DNA from: Octopus vulgaris
Taxonomy: Eukaryota
Length of the DNA stretch: 64,000 nucleotides
Assembly (NCBI GenBank): GCA_951406725.2
Contig: OX597831.1
Location: forward strand, 83,328,001-83,392,000
Reading direction: 5' to 3'
The stretch's first letter is position 1; every line of letters begins with the position of its first letter. Under the pieces are notes generated by a model that saw nothing but the letters and a program-made list of their open reading frames with translations, ran no database searches and was not told where the DNA came from. The translations under genes and the position numbers were made by a program. Positions 37,484 through 49,669 of the stretch are shown in pieces.

Positions 37484-40400
37484 TTTTTTTTCTCGTTTCA
37501 GCTCAGAGCTGCGGCCATGCTGATGCACCGCCGTTTTATGCAACACTGTTATTGCGAAGAACCTCGTCTAATATGTGGCACTTGGTGAAGAATGGAGTTT
37601 GATATAGCTACTCTCATTTGCACCTCTTGCCGTGAGGTAGGTTCATCTGGGACTCTTGACAGGAAGATGTCCAGCTTTGATTTAAAAACCGCTACATCTA
37701 CTTTGTGCATGTTCCTCAGTCTCTTTGGGAGAATATTAAAAAGTTGTGGGCCCTTGAAACCCAGGCTGTTGCAGAAGCTAGTCCGGAAGCGTGATGGCAT
37801 TGCTGGGATCTTTGGCACTATGCAGTGTCGTCCTGTTCTGGCATTGTTGTAGCTTCCAATGCCAAAATTTGGCACAATTCCTTCCAGGATCTTCCAGATA
37901 TATATTACTGCATACCTCTCCCGTCTTCTCTCCAGGGAGTAGAGTCTTAGCTGTTTCAGCCTTTCCCAGTAGCTGAGCTGTTGCAAAGAGACGATCTTCT
38001 TTGTGAATCTTCTCTGGATTGCTTCAAGGTCCGCTGTTAATTTTACACTGGTGGGTGACCATAGCTGTGAGCAGTAATCCAGGAGGCTGAGGACGAATGT
38101 CCGCCAGAGGACCATCATGGTTCCTTATCTCTGGTTCTGAATGTTCTTAGGATCCACCCAGCCAGTCGAGTACACTTTGTCGCCATCCTGGTAATGTGCA
38201 CTTGGAAAGAGGTAGCATCACTCATGTCAATACTCCGGTCCCTCACAGACTTAGGCTCTGGGATTGAAATTCTCTGTGGACCGGTGTATCCTGTAAGTTT
38301 AATATTCAGTTTTGGATGCTGGTAGCGCAGGGCCTGGAATTTTTCAGCATTAAACTGCATATTATTATCCTCAGCCCATCTGTAGATTGAGTCCAACTCC
38401 TGCTGCAGGTGTGCAACATCGCTGGGGTTCTGTATTTTCTGCGAGACTTTCATATCGTCTGCATAGCTTGCCAGAGTGGTTATCCGGGCATTTGAGGGCA
38501 TATCTGAGAGGGCCACTATGAAAAGCAGTGGTCCCAAGACAGTGCCCTGTGGAACACCGCTCACTATTTGTGTGTTCATAGAGGTGGCTCCATTAACCAC
38601 TACTGCCTGACTCCTATCTTTCAGGAAGTCATGTAACCACACTCCAAGTTTTCCAGCTATGCCGAGGTCACGCAGTTTGTGGGATACCATACCAATATCC
38701 ACCTTGTGAAAAGCTTTTGCAAAATCAAGGTAGATTACGTCCACATTTGATTTGTTGAGTAATTGCCTCAACGCCCAGTCATAATGCTGTAAGAGCTGGG
38801 TCAGGCAGCTCCTACCTGGTCGAAAACCATGCTGGGTATCACTCAGCAAGTTATTTTCCTCAAGGAATGCGATTAGTTTCTTTCTGACTATCCGTTCCAT
38901 GACTTTGCTGATGTGTGAAGTCAGAGAGATAGGCCTATAGTTTTTGGCATCTGCTCTACTTCCCCCTTTATGTATTGGGCATATTATTCCCTCCTTCAGC
39001 TTGCTTGGCAGTTTGCATTCGCAAGAAAGCTCTGGAAGAGAATCTTGAGGGGTTTTGCCAGGGGATGCTTACACGCTTTGAGGAGGATGGCTGAGAAACC
39101 ATCTGGACCAGCAGCTGAGTTTGTGTCCGCTTCATCTATGGCTAGTAGGACATCTTTTTCGCTAATGTCAATACATTCTATTGTAACCGCCTCGCTGGTT
39201 ATAGGTGAGGCGGCAAAGAACTCCACTGGTTCGTTCACTTGTCTGTGTTCCAACGGGGTGGTAAAGACACTTTTGAACTGGTCATTCAGCATCTCACTGA
39301 TCATAGTTGGACTGTCTGTGAGGGAGCCATCCTTTTGGAGGAGGGGTCCTATCTTGTAGTGCACTGAGACTGTTTCTTTCGCGTAAGGAAAGAAGGCCTT
39401 TGGGTTTGATTTAATGTTTTTTATAATCCAGGCTTCTTTGTCTGCTTTCTCCTTCACATAGGATTGTTGCAGCCTTTTTTCGATCTCCATCAGTGTTGTT
39501 TTTAGGCGGGACGTTTCGCTACTTTTGGGATGTTGTTTGAGACGATTTGCAACCTTCGTCCGTCGTCTCATGAGGATCTTCCTGTCTCTTGGAATTTTGC
39601 TCCTATTTGTTTTGGCCTTGTGCTCTGGGACATATTTCTGGCATACGGCTTGCACAGAAGACATGAAACATTCTAGTTTCATGTCAATGTCTGATGTGGA
39701 GAGACATTCCGGCCAGTCCTCTCTGAGGATCTCATTTTGGATCGATTTCCAATCTGCTTTGTGGAAGTTCAGATTGGAGAGATTTCGGGTGCTTCCTTTA
39801 GGCTGTATGTCTCTGGTTACTTTCGGCCCAAACATAGACAGCTCTATTATGTTGTGATCCGAAACTGATGTCTGTGTCACTTTCACATCATGAATGATGT
39901 CCATATTGTTCGTGAAGCAGAGATCCAGAATGTTATTCGCCCTAGTTGGCTTGAGTACAACTTGCTCCATGAATAATGCATTGGTGAGGTTGAGCAGGGA
40001 CTCCACCTGTACTTGCTTGTAATGATTCATTCCTGAGAGTATGTGACCATCGGGCCATTTGACGTTGGGGAAGTTGAAATCACCCATAAGAAATATGGTC
40101 ACGTGGTGTTCCAGATTCATGAGGATTTCTTTAATTCTTGTGAGGCAATCTTCAAACTTGCCTGTGTGATTTGGGGCATCCGGTGGGCAATATGTATTGC
40201 ATATGACTATATTATGTTGTCTTATGTATACGATTAAAGTGTCACATACAGAATTTGAGTATGTCATTAAGACCTGGGGTGTGAGGTCATCTCGGATGTA
40301 TACAGCAACTCCACCATGGCTCCTTTCCCTTCTGTCTGTTCGTAGTATGGCATAGTTTGGTACATGTACTTCTGCGTCCTCTATATCAGGGCTGAGGTGA

Positions 40401-41228
40401 GTTTCCACGAGTGCTATGCATAGGGCTTGATTGCATGCAGTAAGATCTCTCAGGAAAGAATTTTGTTTCTATTTTGATGCAACAGGCCCCCAATAGTAAA
40501 AGTATTGGGGTGACGGCTGTGCAGGCGTTAGGAGAGGCCATCCCGTGTCTGTTGACTGTGGTGGTCTTGCATAGTGGTGGGCAGGGTTCCTTCTCTGTGC
40601 TTGGTGTAGCCAGGTTAGCTGCCGGACAATTCTTTGCGCCATGTATAAAAAAGACTCTTGCTCAGCTGCTGCGTTGCGCAGAACATCTGAGGAGCGCACT
40701 TCGTTTTTGAAAGTTTTCCTGGGAGACATTTCTTGTGTTCCCTCGGTAAAGCTTTTCTCTTTGAGTCCCTTGATGTTCTGGCGGGGTGTCGGGTGGGCGA
40801 ACCGGCAGTTTTGCCGTCCTCACCATGCCAGGTAGAATTTACAGGTTCTTCGGTGCCTTCCAGATTTCTTCTTTCGTGAAGTGTACTGGGTGGCACTGGA
40901 TCCTCCATGGGGTTCTCTGCTGTTTGTGTGGTGGGTTGGGGTTTCAGCATTGGTTGTTTTGCCTTTTCCTCCTTTTCCCTCCTTATTTTTGTTTTCGGTC
41001 CTTCCTTTTTTCTTCAGTTTTTCTAATTTTTCATTTCTTTGTAGGACCATTGGTACAGGGGAGCTTCCGGTTTCTGCTCCCTTGGCTTCCCTATCTTTCA
41101 CTACCTGGTCGTTCACCGGGGTAGGTGATCCATTTTCCTGAGGAACCCCTGGATCACAGAGACCTCCGGCTTCCTTCTCTTTTTCGTCCTCTTCATCCTC
41201 ATCAGGCAAAAATAATATCTGTCAGAAG
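37484..41228 (-). mobile_element. Long CR1-group LINE: ORF1 remnant + APE + RT + 3' tail, frameshifted
   Basis: APE: ETHL, RTDR..HGGVAVY, MGDFNFP, NILDLCF, SDHN; RT: QHGFRPGRSCLTQL, LDFAKAF, SGVPQGTVLGPLLF, YADD; ORF1 remnant 40470-41209. Confidence 0.95.
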
Positions 41229-41419
41229 TATGCATATGCATATGTATATGTGTATATATATATGCATATGTATATGTGTATATATATATATATGTATGTA
41301 TGTATGTATGCATGTATGTATGTATGTATGTATGTATGTATGCATAATTATGGAATTTATTTCCGAGTTCACAGGGGAGAAAAATTCAATTTAGTGGTAC
41401 TATAACGAATTTCCCACTG

Positions 41420-41472
<53 letters not shown>

Positions 41473-41559
41473 TCAATATCAGGGTAGCAAAAAATTCAAG
41501 AGAAATTTTTCGCTACCAGCGGTCCAGTGAGAAAGAAAAAATAGTCAACAGACTATATA

Positions 41560-41643
<84 letters not shown>

Positions 41644-41778
41644 GATTGGTTTAAGAGACAGAACCATCTTCAAGCAACTCAATCAACATTGAACGACGTT
41701 ATCTATGATAGAGGTATATAATATTAATTATTATCAACTTAATACCTTCAATTACTAATCTGATTCATATACACTAGA

Positions 41779-41885
41779 CAGACTACGCGCGTTTCCTGAC
41801 AATAAATCTATCGATATTGCTAAGGTATATGGTCTCGAAATTCAATAATTTATCGATCCGACTATACTGCCATTATTCAAGTTTG
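41779..41885 (-). ncRNA. Hammerhead-like motif with long stem II
   Basis: Minus strand: CAAAC-TTGAATAA-TGGCAGTA...TATTGTCA-g-GAAA-CGCGCG-TA-GTCTG; core has U3/A8 plus one extra base. Confidence 0.5.
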
Positions 41886-42039
41886 GATTATATAAAACTA
41901 TTTTACTATTTACAACCTGTATAGAGACACGAAAATTAAAACTATACGTTTAGAAATCATTGAAATAATTTATCTGAACTAAAGACGAACGAAATAAAGC
42001 ATAAAAGAGCATACAAATTCATAAAAAATATAGGGAGTA

Positions 42040-42445
42040 CAGTGTTAGCTATTTCAGCCTTTCCCAGTAGTTGAGCTGTTGCAACGAGACGATCTTCTTC
42101 ATGAAGCTTCGCTGGATTGCTTCAAGTTCCGCTGTTAATTTTACACTGTTGGGTGACCATAGCTGGGAGCAGTAACTCACGCGGCTGAAGACGAATGTCT
42201 TCCAGAGAACCATCTCGGTTTCCTTCTCTCTGCCCCTAAACGTTCCAGCCAGTCGTCTGCACTTTGTGGCCATCCTGGTAATGTGCACTTGGAAAGAGGT
42301 GTCATCACTCATGTCGATACCCAGGTCCCTCACTGACTTAAGCTCTGGGATTGTAATCCCCTGTGGACCAGTGGACCCTGTAAGTTTTATATTCAGTTTT
42401 GGACGCTGATAGCGTACGGCTTGAAATGTTCAGCATTAAACTGCT
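42040..42445 (-). mobile_element. CR1-group LINE internal fragment (same family as 37484-41228)
   Basis: RDLGIDMSDDTSFQVHITRMATKC..YCSQLWSP..YWERLK, close to 37950-38360. Confidence 0.9.
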
Positions 42446-43552
42446 GTATGTGTGTCCCTGACACACACACACACACACACACGCGCACACATCAGGGACG
42501 TGCAAAATATGCAACTAATTCAATAAAATTATGAAGGTTATTATGATTACTATGCATAAAATACAAAATATTTTATTTTTTTGTAGATTAAGTATGCATA
42601 ATTCGCCCCTGCTTTTCCATCCCCGTATTTAAGCTGCGCATGTATACTATTGTAGTACACGCGCTGCACATATTTCTACAACACCGTTTTCTTTACGTGC
42701 TATAAGGGCAGAAAAAGATTTGCCTTCTACTCAGTCGCGCGCCTGTGTTTCGCTTATATTTTGTGTTTTACTACATAAAGGTCACCAACTGCCTACTGTG
42801 AGTAAATACTGAGGGCATGTGCCTGATTATACCCCCCCATACACACATACTCACACACGCATACACCTTCACACTCACATATATATATATAGAGAGAAAG
42901 GGAGAGATAGACTGGTAGATACATACACACACACACACACTCATACACAGATATACTTACACATGCATGCACTCATATACATACACACATTCCTCCATGT
43001 GTTTATGGGTTACAACTCCACACATGGCCGTATATTCTGCTTTTACTTAACACTTTACTACCTTCATGTTTTCAAGGGATTTAAAAATTAGAGTAGAGTG
43101 TTCGAAAACTTATCTTTTCCTTCTGTAATCATGCATAATCTCGATAAGACGGATCTCTTACTGAATGCCGAAAATTTCATCCGTTTTATTCACTGAATCA
43201 CAGCCTCTCTTAAAAACATGTTTTTATCCTCTAAACCTTCATCTTCTCTGCTACATTATCACAGTTCAATATTTTAGCGAAGTCTGTTCAAAAAAGATAT
43301 TTATTCACAGTAACACCAATGGCAGATTTTGTTCTTTAGTAGGACAGTCTTTGCCCAAATTACCGGAAAAAAAACCGTACCGAATGAATCTGCCTCTGGG
43401 AAATGTGAAAATCTGTAAACAGAGAAGTTGTCTTCATTTTCATATTACCCATGGGTTTTATTCTTTGAATTACAGCACAATGAATTCTTCTCCAAGAATT
43501 CCACAAAATTCTCAGATTTCTTTGTTAATAACATTACAAGAAATATATTTTA

Positions 43553-44812
43553 CTAGCAGAGATACCCGGCGTTGCCCGCTTACATTCAATTGAAGAATTA
43601 GACTTTTCTGTTATATTTTCTGTAATGAACTGGAATATCTATGTTTCGAATTTCATCAAAATGGCAGATGAGGGTTATTTCCCTCTTTACACACCCTAAA
43701 AAATTGTAACCGTGCCACATGTATCCTATACTACTGATTTTTATGCGCAGATTCCAAAATTCCAGTCTTGAAGAACCTGTTAAAAAGATTTTGCTCCTGA
43801 AAAATGAAGGTCATGGAGCTGGGGTGGGCATCTAAATGTCAACCAGGGAAGTTGAATTGTTGAGAATCTTTTTAACTTGAGTCTTATACCTATTGTTTGA
43901 ATTTCTTTGAAATAGGAAATATATGTTCACTGGATTTGTAAAAGAGAGCAAAGCTACAGGAAACCAAACGACGAATGATCACAATAAGCAGTCAGCTACC
44001 CTACCCTAGTCGGTACCACTCCCAATGTAGGATTCCTCACCATCCAGGTGACAGGCACAGCCGTAAGATGCATTACGAATCTATAGCAATTGGAAGGGCG
44101 TGACCCAACTGAAATCAACATTAACAACTGTGTGACGTGAGGGCTAAGGAGAAATTAAAGCTTCACCTCTGGAGTTTGCAAATGACGACTATACTGATAC
44201 GTAACTAGACAGAATAAATTTACAATGTATAAATGTCTTTGAATAACCAGTCACTCATCTGGGAAGGCCTTGTAACCAATGTTACCATCTGGGGACTATG
44301 TGTGACCGAGTGATAATAAAAAGACTGAAAGGTGGTGTGCAATCAAATAACTTTACTCAACACTTTGCAACTGAATCAGTGGAGGCAAAGATGCCTCTCA
44401 TTTACTTGACAATTTATGCCCTACATTGCAGAAATCACAATGTAAGTGTATGTCAAAGCAAATTGTTACACTGTTGTGCCATTGAATTAGAAATAATGCC
44501 CAACTTTTATGCTCGGGTAACGCTAGATCTTCCAAGAGCACAACTGTATTCGTTTTTGCTTAGATAAAATGACAAAATTTTCTAACTTGTAAAAAGATGA
44601 AATTTTATAAATATTACTTCATTTGTGTCTAATATCTATGGTTAAAATTTCATCAGCAGCAAAAATATATGAATTGTCATGGGGGTTATGGCCCTTATGC
44701 TTAGAATATAATTTCCAAATTTCATAAAGATCCATTCAGTACTTTTGACCTAGTTTTGGATCATAAAAGAAATTTGTGAGTTAAGGCTCCCATTAAGGTG
44801 TTTTATATATAT
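43553..44812 (-). mobile_element. Non-autonomous Helitron-like element
   Basis: Minus 3' end GCGGGCAACGCCGGG..CTGCTAG|T like 52860-52888; TATATATAAAA-type 5' end near 44800 but the terminal TC is missing; extent uncertain. Confidence 0.55.
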
Positions 44813-47122
44813 GTCCGTTGAGTATGTCCTTGGAGATTCTGCCATCTTCCATACGGCTAACATGTCCAAGCCATCTCATACGTCTTTGTGTGAGAAGTGC
44901 AAACATGCTTGGTATTCCTGCTTGCTTGAGGACATCTTTGTTGGGGACATGATCCTGCCATTTGATGCGAAGGATTTTCCTGAGGCAGCGCAGGTGAAAG
45001 ATATTTAGGCGACGCTCTTGGTGTGTGTATGGCGTCCAAGTCTCACTTCCATACAGTAGAGTGCTAAGTACACATGCCTGGTAAATCTTCATTTTTGTGG
45101 TCTTGGTCAGCTTATTGTTGTCCCATGCCCGTTTGGAGAGTTGGGCCATCACAGCAGCTGCCTTGCCAATGCGTATATTGAGCTCAACATCAAGGGATAG
45201 GTTGTAGGTGACGGTAGAGCCGAAATAGGTAAACTTCTCCACCTCCTGTAGTCTGTGGTCTCTAATATGTATGTTTGGGATGTCCGATGTAGCCTGACCT
45301 ATGATGTTGGTCTTCTTGAGGCTAATAACTAAGCCAAAGTCACTACATGCTTGCTCAAAATAGTTTTGAGCCTTTGTAGGGCTTCTGTGTGTGATACCAG
45401 AGCGGCATCATCAGCAAATAGCATCTCCTTGATCAGGACGCTTCTGATTTTGGTCTTGGCACGCAGACGCGAGAGATTGAACAGTTTCCCATCACCTCTA
45501 CTATGCAGAAACACTCCATCATCTGATGTCTCAAAGGCATGTGACAGCAGCAGCGAGAATATACCAAAAAATGTAGGAGCAAGGACACAAGCTTGCTTTA
45601 CCCCATTTTTTATTTGGAAGGCGCCTGATGTTGAACCATTGTGCTGTATGGTGCCTTGCCTATCATCATGGAAAGATTTGATGATCCTCAGCAGCTTTGG
45701 TGGAGATCCGATTTTTTGGAGCAGGATGAAGAGGCCTTTTCTACTTACCAACTCAAAGGCCTTTGTCAGATCAATGAAGGCCATATATAATGACGTTTTC
45801 TGCTCTCTGGACTTCTCCTGAAGTTGGCGTATGGAGAATATCATGTCAATAGTTGATCTGCTTCTTCTAAACCACACTGCGATTCTGGATAAATTCGAGA
45901 AGCAAGCAGTTGCAGCCTGGACAGGATAATGCGAGCAAAGGCCTTTCCGACAGTGCTAAGAAGAGATATTCCACGGTAATTGTTACAATCACCAGGGTCA
46001 CCTTTGTTTTTGTAAAGCGTAATGATGTTAGCATCCCGCATATCCTGAGAGACTGTACCCTCTTCCCAGCACTGACACAAAAGCTCATGAATGTGCCGAA
46101 GCAGGATGGTGTTTTTGCCGGTTTTGAAGATCTCTAAGGCGATGCCGTCTTTTCCCGGATCCTTGTTACTTGCTAGGGAGTCAATAGCCTTGGTGAGCTC
46201 TGCAATAGATGGCAGACTGTCAAGTTCGCACATGACTAGCAAGATCTTGACACCCTCGATTGCAGCCTCAGCTACCGTGGTCTCTCATGAGTAGAGATCC
46301 TGGTAGTACTCCACCTATCTATCCATTTGCTTGCTTTGGTCCTTGATGAGATCTCCAGTAGTTGATTTCGGAGGGACTGACTTGGTTGCGGATGGACCGA
46401 GGGCCTTCTTCAAACCGGCATACATCCCACGGGTGTCGCCACTGTCAGCAACTGACTGGATACTCTGACAGATTTCCTGCCAATACCTATTTGCACAGCG
46501 TCTGGCAGTCAGTTGGGTTTTATTTCTTGCCTTTCTGAGTCCTTCGAGTGACTTTGTAGAAGAATCACTCTTGTATAGCATCAGAGCTGCACGCTTTGCT
46601 TCGATAACTGTTTCCAGCTCTGAGAGCCCAGCACTGAACCAATCTGGGTTTTCCCTTTCTCTGATGCCGAAAGTATCTATTGATATGGTATACAAAACTT
46701 CCCTGATATAATTCCACCTACTTTCAACAGAGGAGGTTGAGCAGCTACTGAGGGCAACCTTGATAGAAACAGCAAAACATTGTCGCAGTGTAGGGTCCGA
46801 GGTGCTGGCAGTGTTAATGCGTAGTCGGCCCATTTTCTTGGAGTGATGGACTTTTTTAGGCAGAATCCCCACCCTGCTTCTAATTAGTGAGTGGTCTGTG
46901 TCACAATCCATGCTGTGGTCACTACGGGTCAGTTGAACAGAATTCAGAAAGGATCTTCGTGTAATGATGAGATCCAGCTGATGCCAGTGGTGAGATCTTG
47001 GATGTCTCCAAGATGCCTTGTGGGATGTCTTGTTGGCAAAGAATGTGTTAGTGATGCACAGGTTATGGTATGTGCAAAATTCAAGTAGTCTCTAACCATT
47101 GTCATTCATGTTGCCAGTACCG
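44813..47122 (-). mobile_element. RTE-clade LINE (APE C-terminus + RT), truncated at both ends
   Basis: WHQLDLII, DCDTDHSLI, CNNYRGISLLS, IYPESQCG, AFIDLTKAF, GVKQACVLAP, LFADD, LLYGSETW, RMRWLGHVSRM. Confidence 0.93.
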
Positions 47123-47182
47123 AAACACATATATACATACATATATATACGATTGATTTGTTTCAATTCCTGTCTACGAAAT

Positions 47183-47269
<87 letters not shown>

Positions 47270-47270
47270 A

Positions 47271-47302
<32 letters not shown>

Positions 47303-47374
47303 AAAGATAAATTGATAGATACAATTGAGTGGGCAAACAAATATATGAGACACTGCGTAGTGCTTTTTTATATT

Positions 47375-47693
47375 TTGATAAGCCTGGTACTTATTCTATC
47401 AGTTTCTTCTTGTGAAACCAGTAAGTTGTGGGGACGTAAATAAAAGAACACCAGTTGTGAAGCAGTGATGAGGGAGAAACACAAATACACACACATAGAC
47501 ATACATATATACATACATACACATACAATTGATTTCTTTCAGTTTCTGTCTACAAAATCCACTGACAAGGCTTTGGTTGGTCTGAGGCTATAGCAGAAGA
47601 CACATGCCAAGTTGCCACATAGTGGGACTGAACTGAACTGAGGATCATGTGTTTTGGAACCAAGTTTGTTACCACACAGCCACACCTGCACCT
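47375..47693 (-). mobile_element. tRNA-derived SINE (family of 1881-2341)
   Basis: Reverse complement starts AGGTGCAGGTGTGGCTGTGTGGTAAC..GTCCCACTATGTGGCAACTTGGC. Confidence 0.8.
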
Positions 47694-47858
47694 ATGTATG
47701 TGTGTGTGTGTGTGTATGGGTGTATATATGTATGCATATATATATGTGTATATATATGTGTACATATTACATGTACATCTATACATCTAGACACATGTAT
47801 ACACATACATGTATATCTATTGAAATACATCTATACATATACATGTATACATATACAG

Positions 47859-47896
<38 letters not shown>

Positions 47897-47897
<1 letters not shown>

Positions 47898-48131
47898 AGA
47901 TAGATGTTTTTTTGTTTCACTTTTAACACGTAAGACTGAAATAGTGGAGAAGATATGATATTGCTATGGGCTCGCCCTAGGCAAGAAGTTAAACATTTTT
48001 TTTGCCTATGATGCTACATGGACCCTAAGTAAGGCATGTCTAAAATTTGAATGAAATTGGTTGTGTAGTTCTCAGGTTTTAGGGATTCAGACAGACAGAC
48101 AGACATACATTCTTACCTTTATATATATAGA
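47897..48131 (-). mobile_element. Helitron-like 5' end fragment
   Basis: rc TCTATATATATAAA..(CTGT)n; closely similar to 52902-53123. Confidence 0.65.
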
Positions 48132-48497
48132 CAAGAGAAATAGTAATAAGAAGGATGAAGGTATCAGTGGTGGTATAGTGGTCTGGGGTCGTTGAATTGT
48201 CCGTACGCTATGAAGGTTAGAGGTGAAGTGGATGACAATATACTTCACTTGATAACGTAGCATGCGGTAAATATCTGTTACCATCTTCCATTGTCCCGTA
48301 GTGAGAAGTAAGTTTTATTTCCCTGTGTTGGGAATGAAATGAGAATGAGATGTAAGGGGACAATGTTTTTGAGATTCCGGTTCGAATGTAAGGCAGGTTT
48401 GAAAGTGTTCCCAACAGTTATTAGTAGTAGTGGTAGAGTGTTTATGCCGAATATGTACGTATGCATGTATATATATGTATGTATGCCTGTATATATG

Positions 48498-48633
48498 TAC
48501 AAAATCCACTGAGAAGGCTTTTGTTGGTCTGAGGCTACAGCAGAAGACACATGCCAAGTCACCACACAGTGGGACTGAACCCAGGACCATGTGTTTGGAA
48601 CGTAGTTTGTAACCACACAGCCACACCTGCCCC
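48498..48633 (-). mobile_element. SINE head (duplicate of 47551-47693)
   Basis: Collinear with 47551-47693 including flank. Confidence 0.8.
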
Positions 48634-48799
48634 TATGTATGTGTGTGTGCGTATGTGTGTATGGGTGGATCTATTATGCATGTATATATGTGTATATATA
48701 TGTGTACATATTACATGTACATCTATATATACATCTACACATAAAATACAAAATACAAAGTTATATTTTGATATCGCTAGTGATAACAATACTCAAAAT

Positions 48800-49330
48800 A
48801 TATAACTGACTGGAATTGTAGGTCCGTCTCTTGTAATTTCGATTGTATCTTGTCCTCTTTCTTGCATAGAAGTGTGGCTACAATCCAGCCTATCTCTACT
48901 TCTGGGGGGACATTTTAAATTTTTATCCGGGTCGTCCTATGTCCCAGATATAAAGGTAAAAATAAAATATTTCCACTTTGCAAGGTTCGAGTCGAGTACT
49001 CCCTTGCACGCTCCGTTGACTCGAACCTTGCTTCTATTGTGGCGAATTTACCGCCTCTAGTTAGATACTTGATATCTTTCATAGTTGCACCAAGACGCTT
49101 TTCGATGGTGCTTTCCTCCAGGTGTTCAAATCTTTTTTTCCCCTCTACATTGTATACTTTATAGACAATAGTCTTTTCTTTAATTTAATTTTTTATTTTG
49201 TTTGGTGGTGTTATTCTAGATTCACCGTCTTTGTCGGTGATCATTCCGAAATAGGTTTGTATTTCTTCCATTTTATTGAGTTCGCGCCCGCCGATGGCTG
49301 CAGCGAAATTCATTTCTGGACTTTCTTCTA
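48800..49330 (-). pseudogene. Decayed gag-like/ORF1 remnant, paralog of 49824-50989
   Basis: EKTIVYKVY..KYLTRGGKFATIEARFES..FLPLYLGHRTTRIKI*NVPPEV..WIVA aligns to EKRTITYRVF..FLARGVRFGPVIVQFKT..YLGRRTTRIRVERILPDI..WIVA. Confidence 0.7.
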
Positions 49331-49669
49331 TCGAAGACATTTTAACAAAAATGCTTCCGTATAAACGGTGAAAATATTGTCAATTTCCCAAAACAGGACA
49401 CAATTCAATTTTTAAACAATAACCAGAGCTCCTTCTCCCAAAGAGGGAGGGTTACGGTTTACAATTATTTAACAAATGCAACACAACGACGCTTCCCTTA
49501 CGAGGAACCAACAAACGTGATAACAATAGTTAAACAGTAATAATAATAACAACAAACCTTCCGGTGAATCAAAAAGCAGTGCTCAGTAGAAGCTATAGTC
49601 CTTTAAGAATAAGAAATAAACCAAAAGCAGAACTCAGTAGAAGCGTATGTTCGAGAAAACAGACATTAC

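Noticed and set aside
41646-41678. Half hammerhead (rc TTGAAGA-TGGTT..AACCA)
   Set aside because: GAAA/stem III half replaced by microsatellite; too incomplete to call
42493-42611. CAGGG...CCCTG hAT-like MITE
   Set aside because: TIR match is short and there is no 8-bp TSD
44290-44570. Possible Helitron helicase remnants (CDRVIIKRL, AQLYSFLLR)
   Set aside because: Very weak similarity and opposite to the orientation implied by the CTAG end
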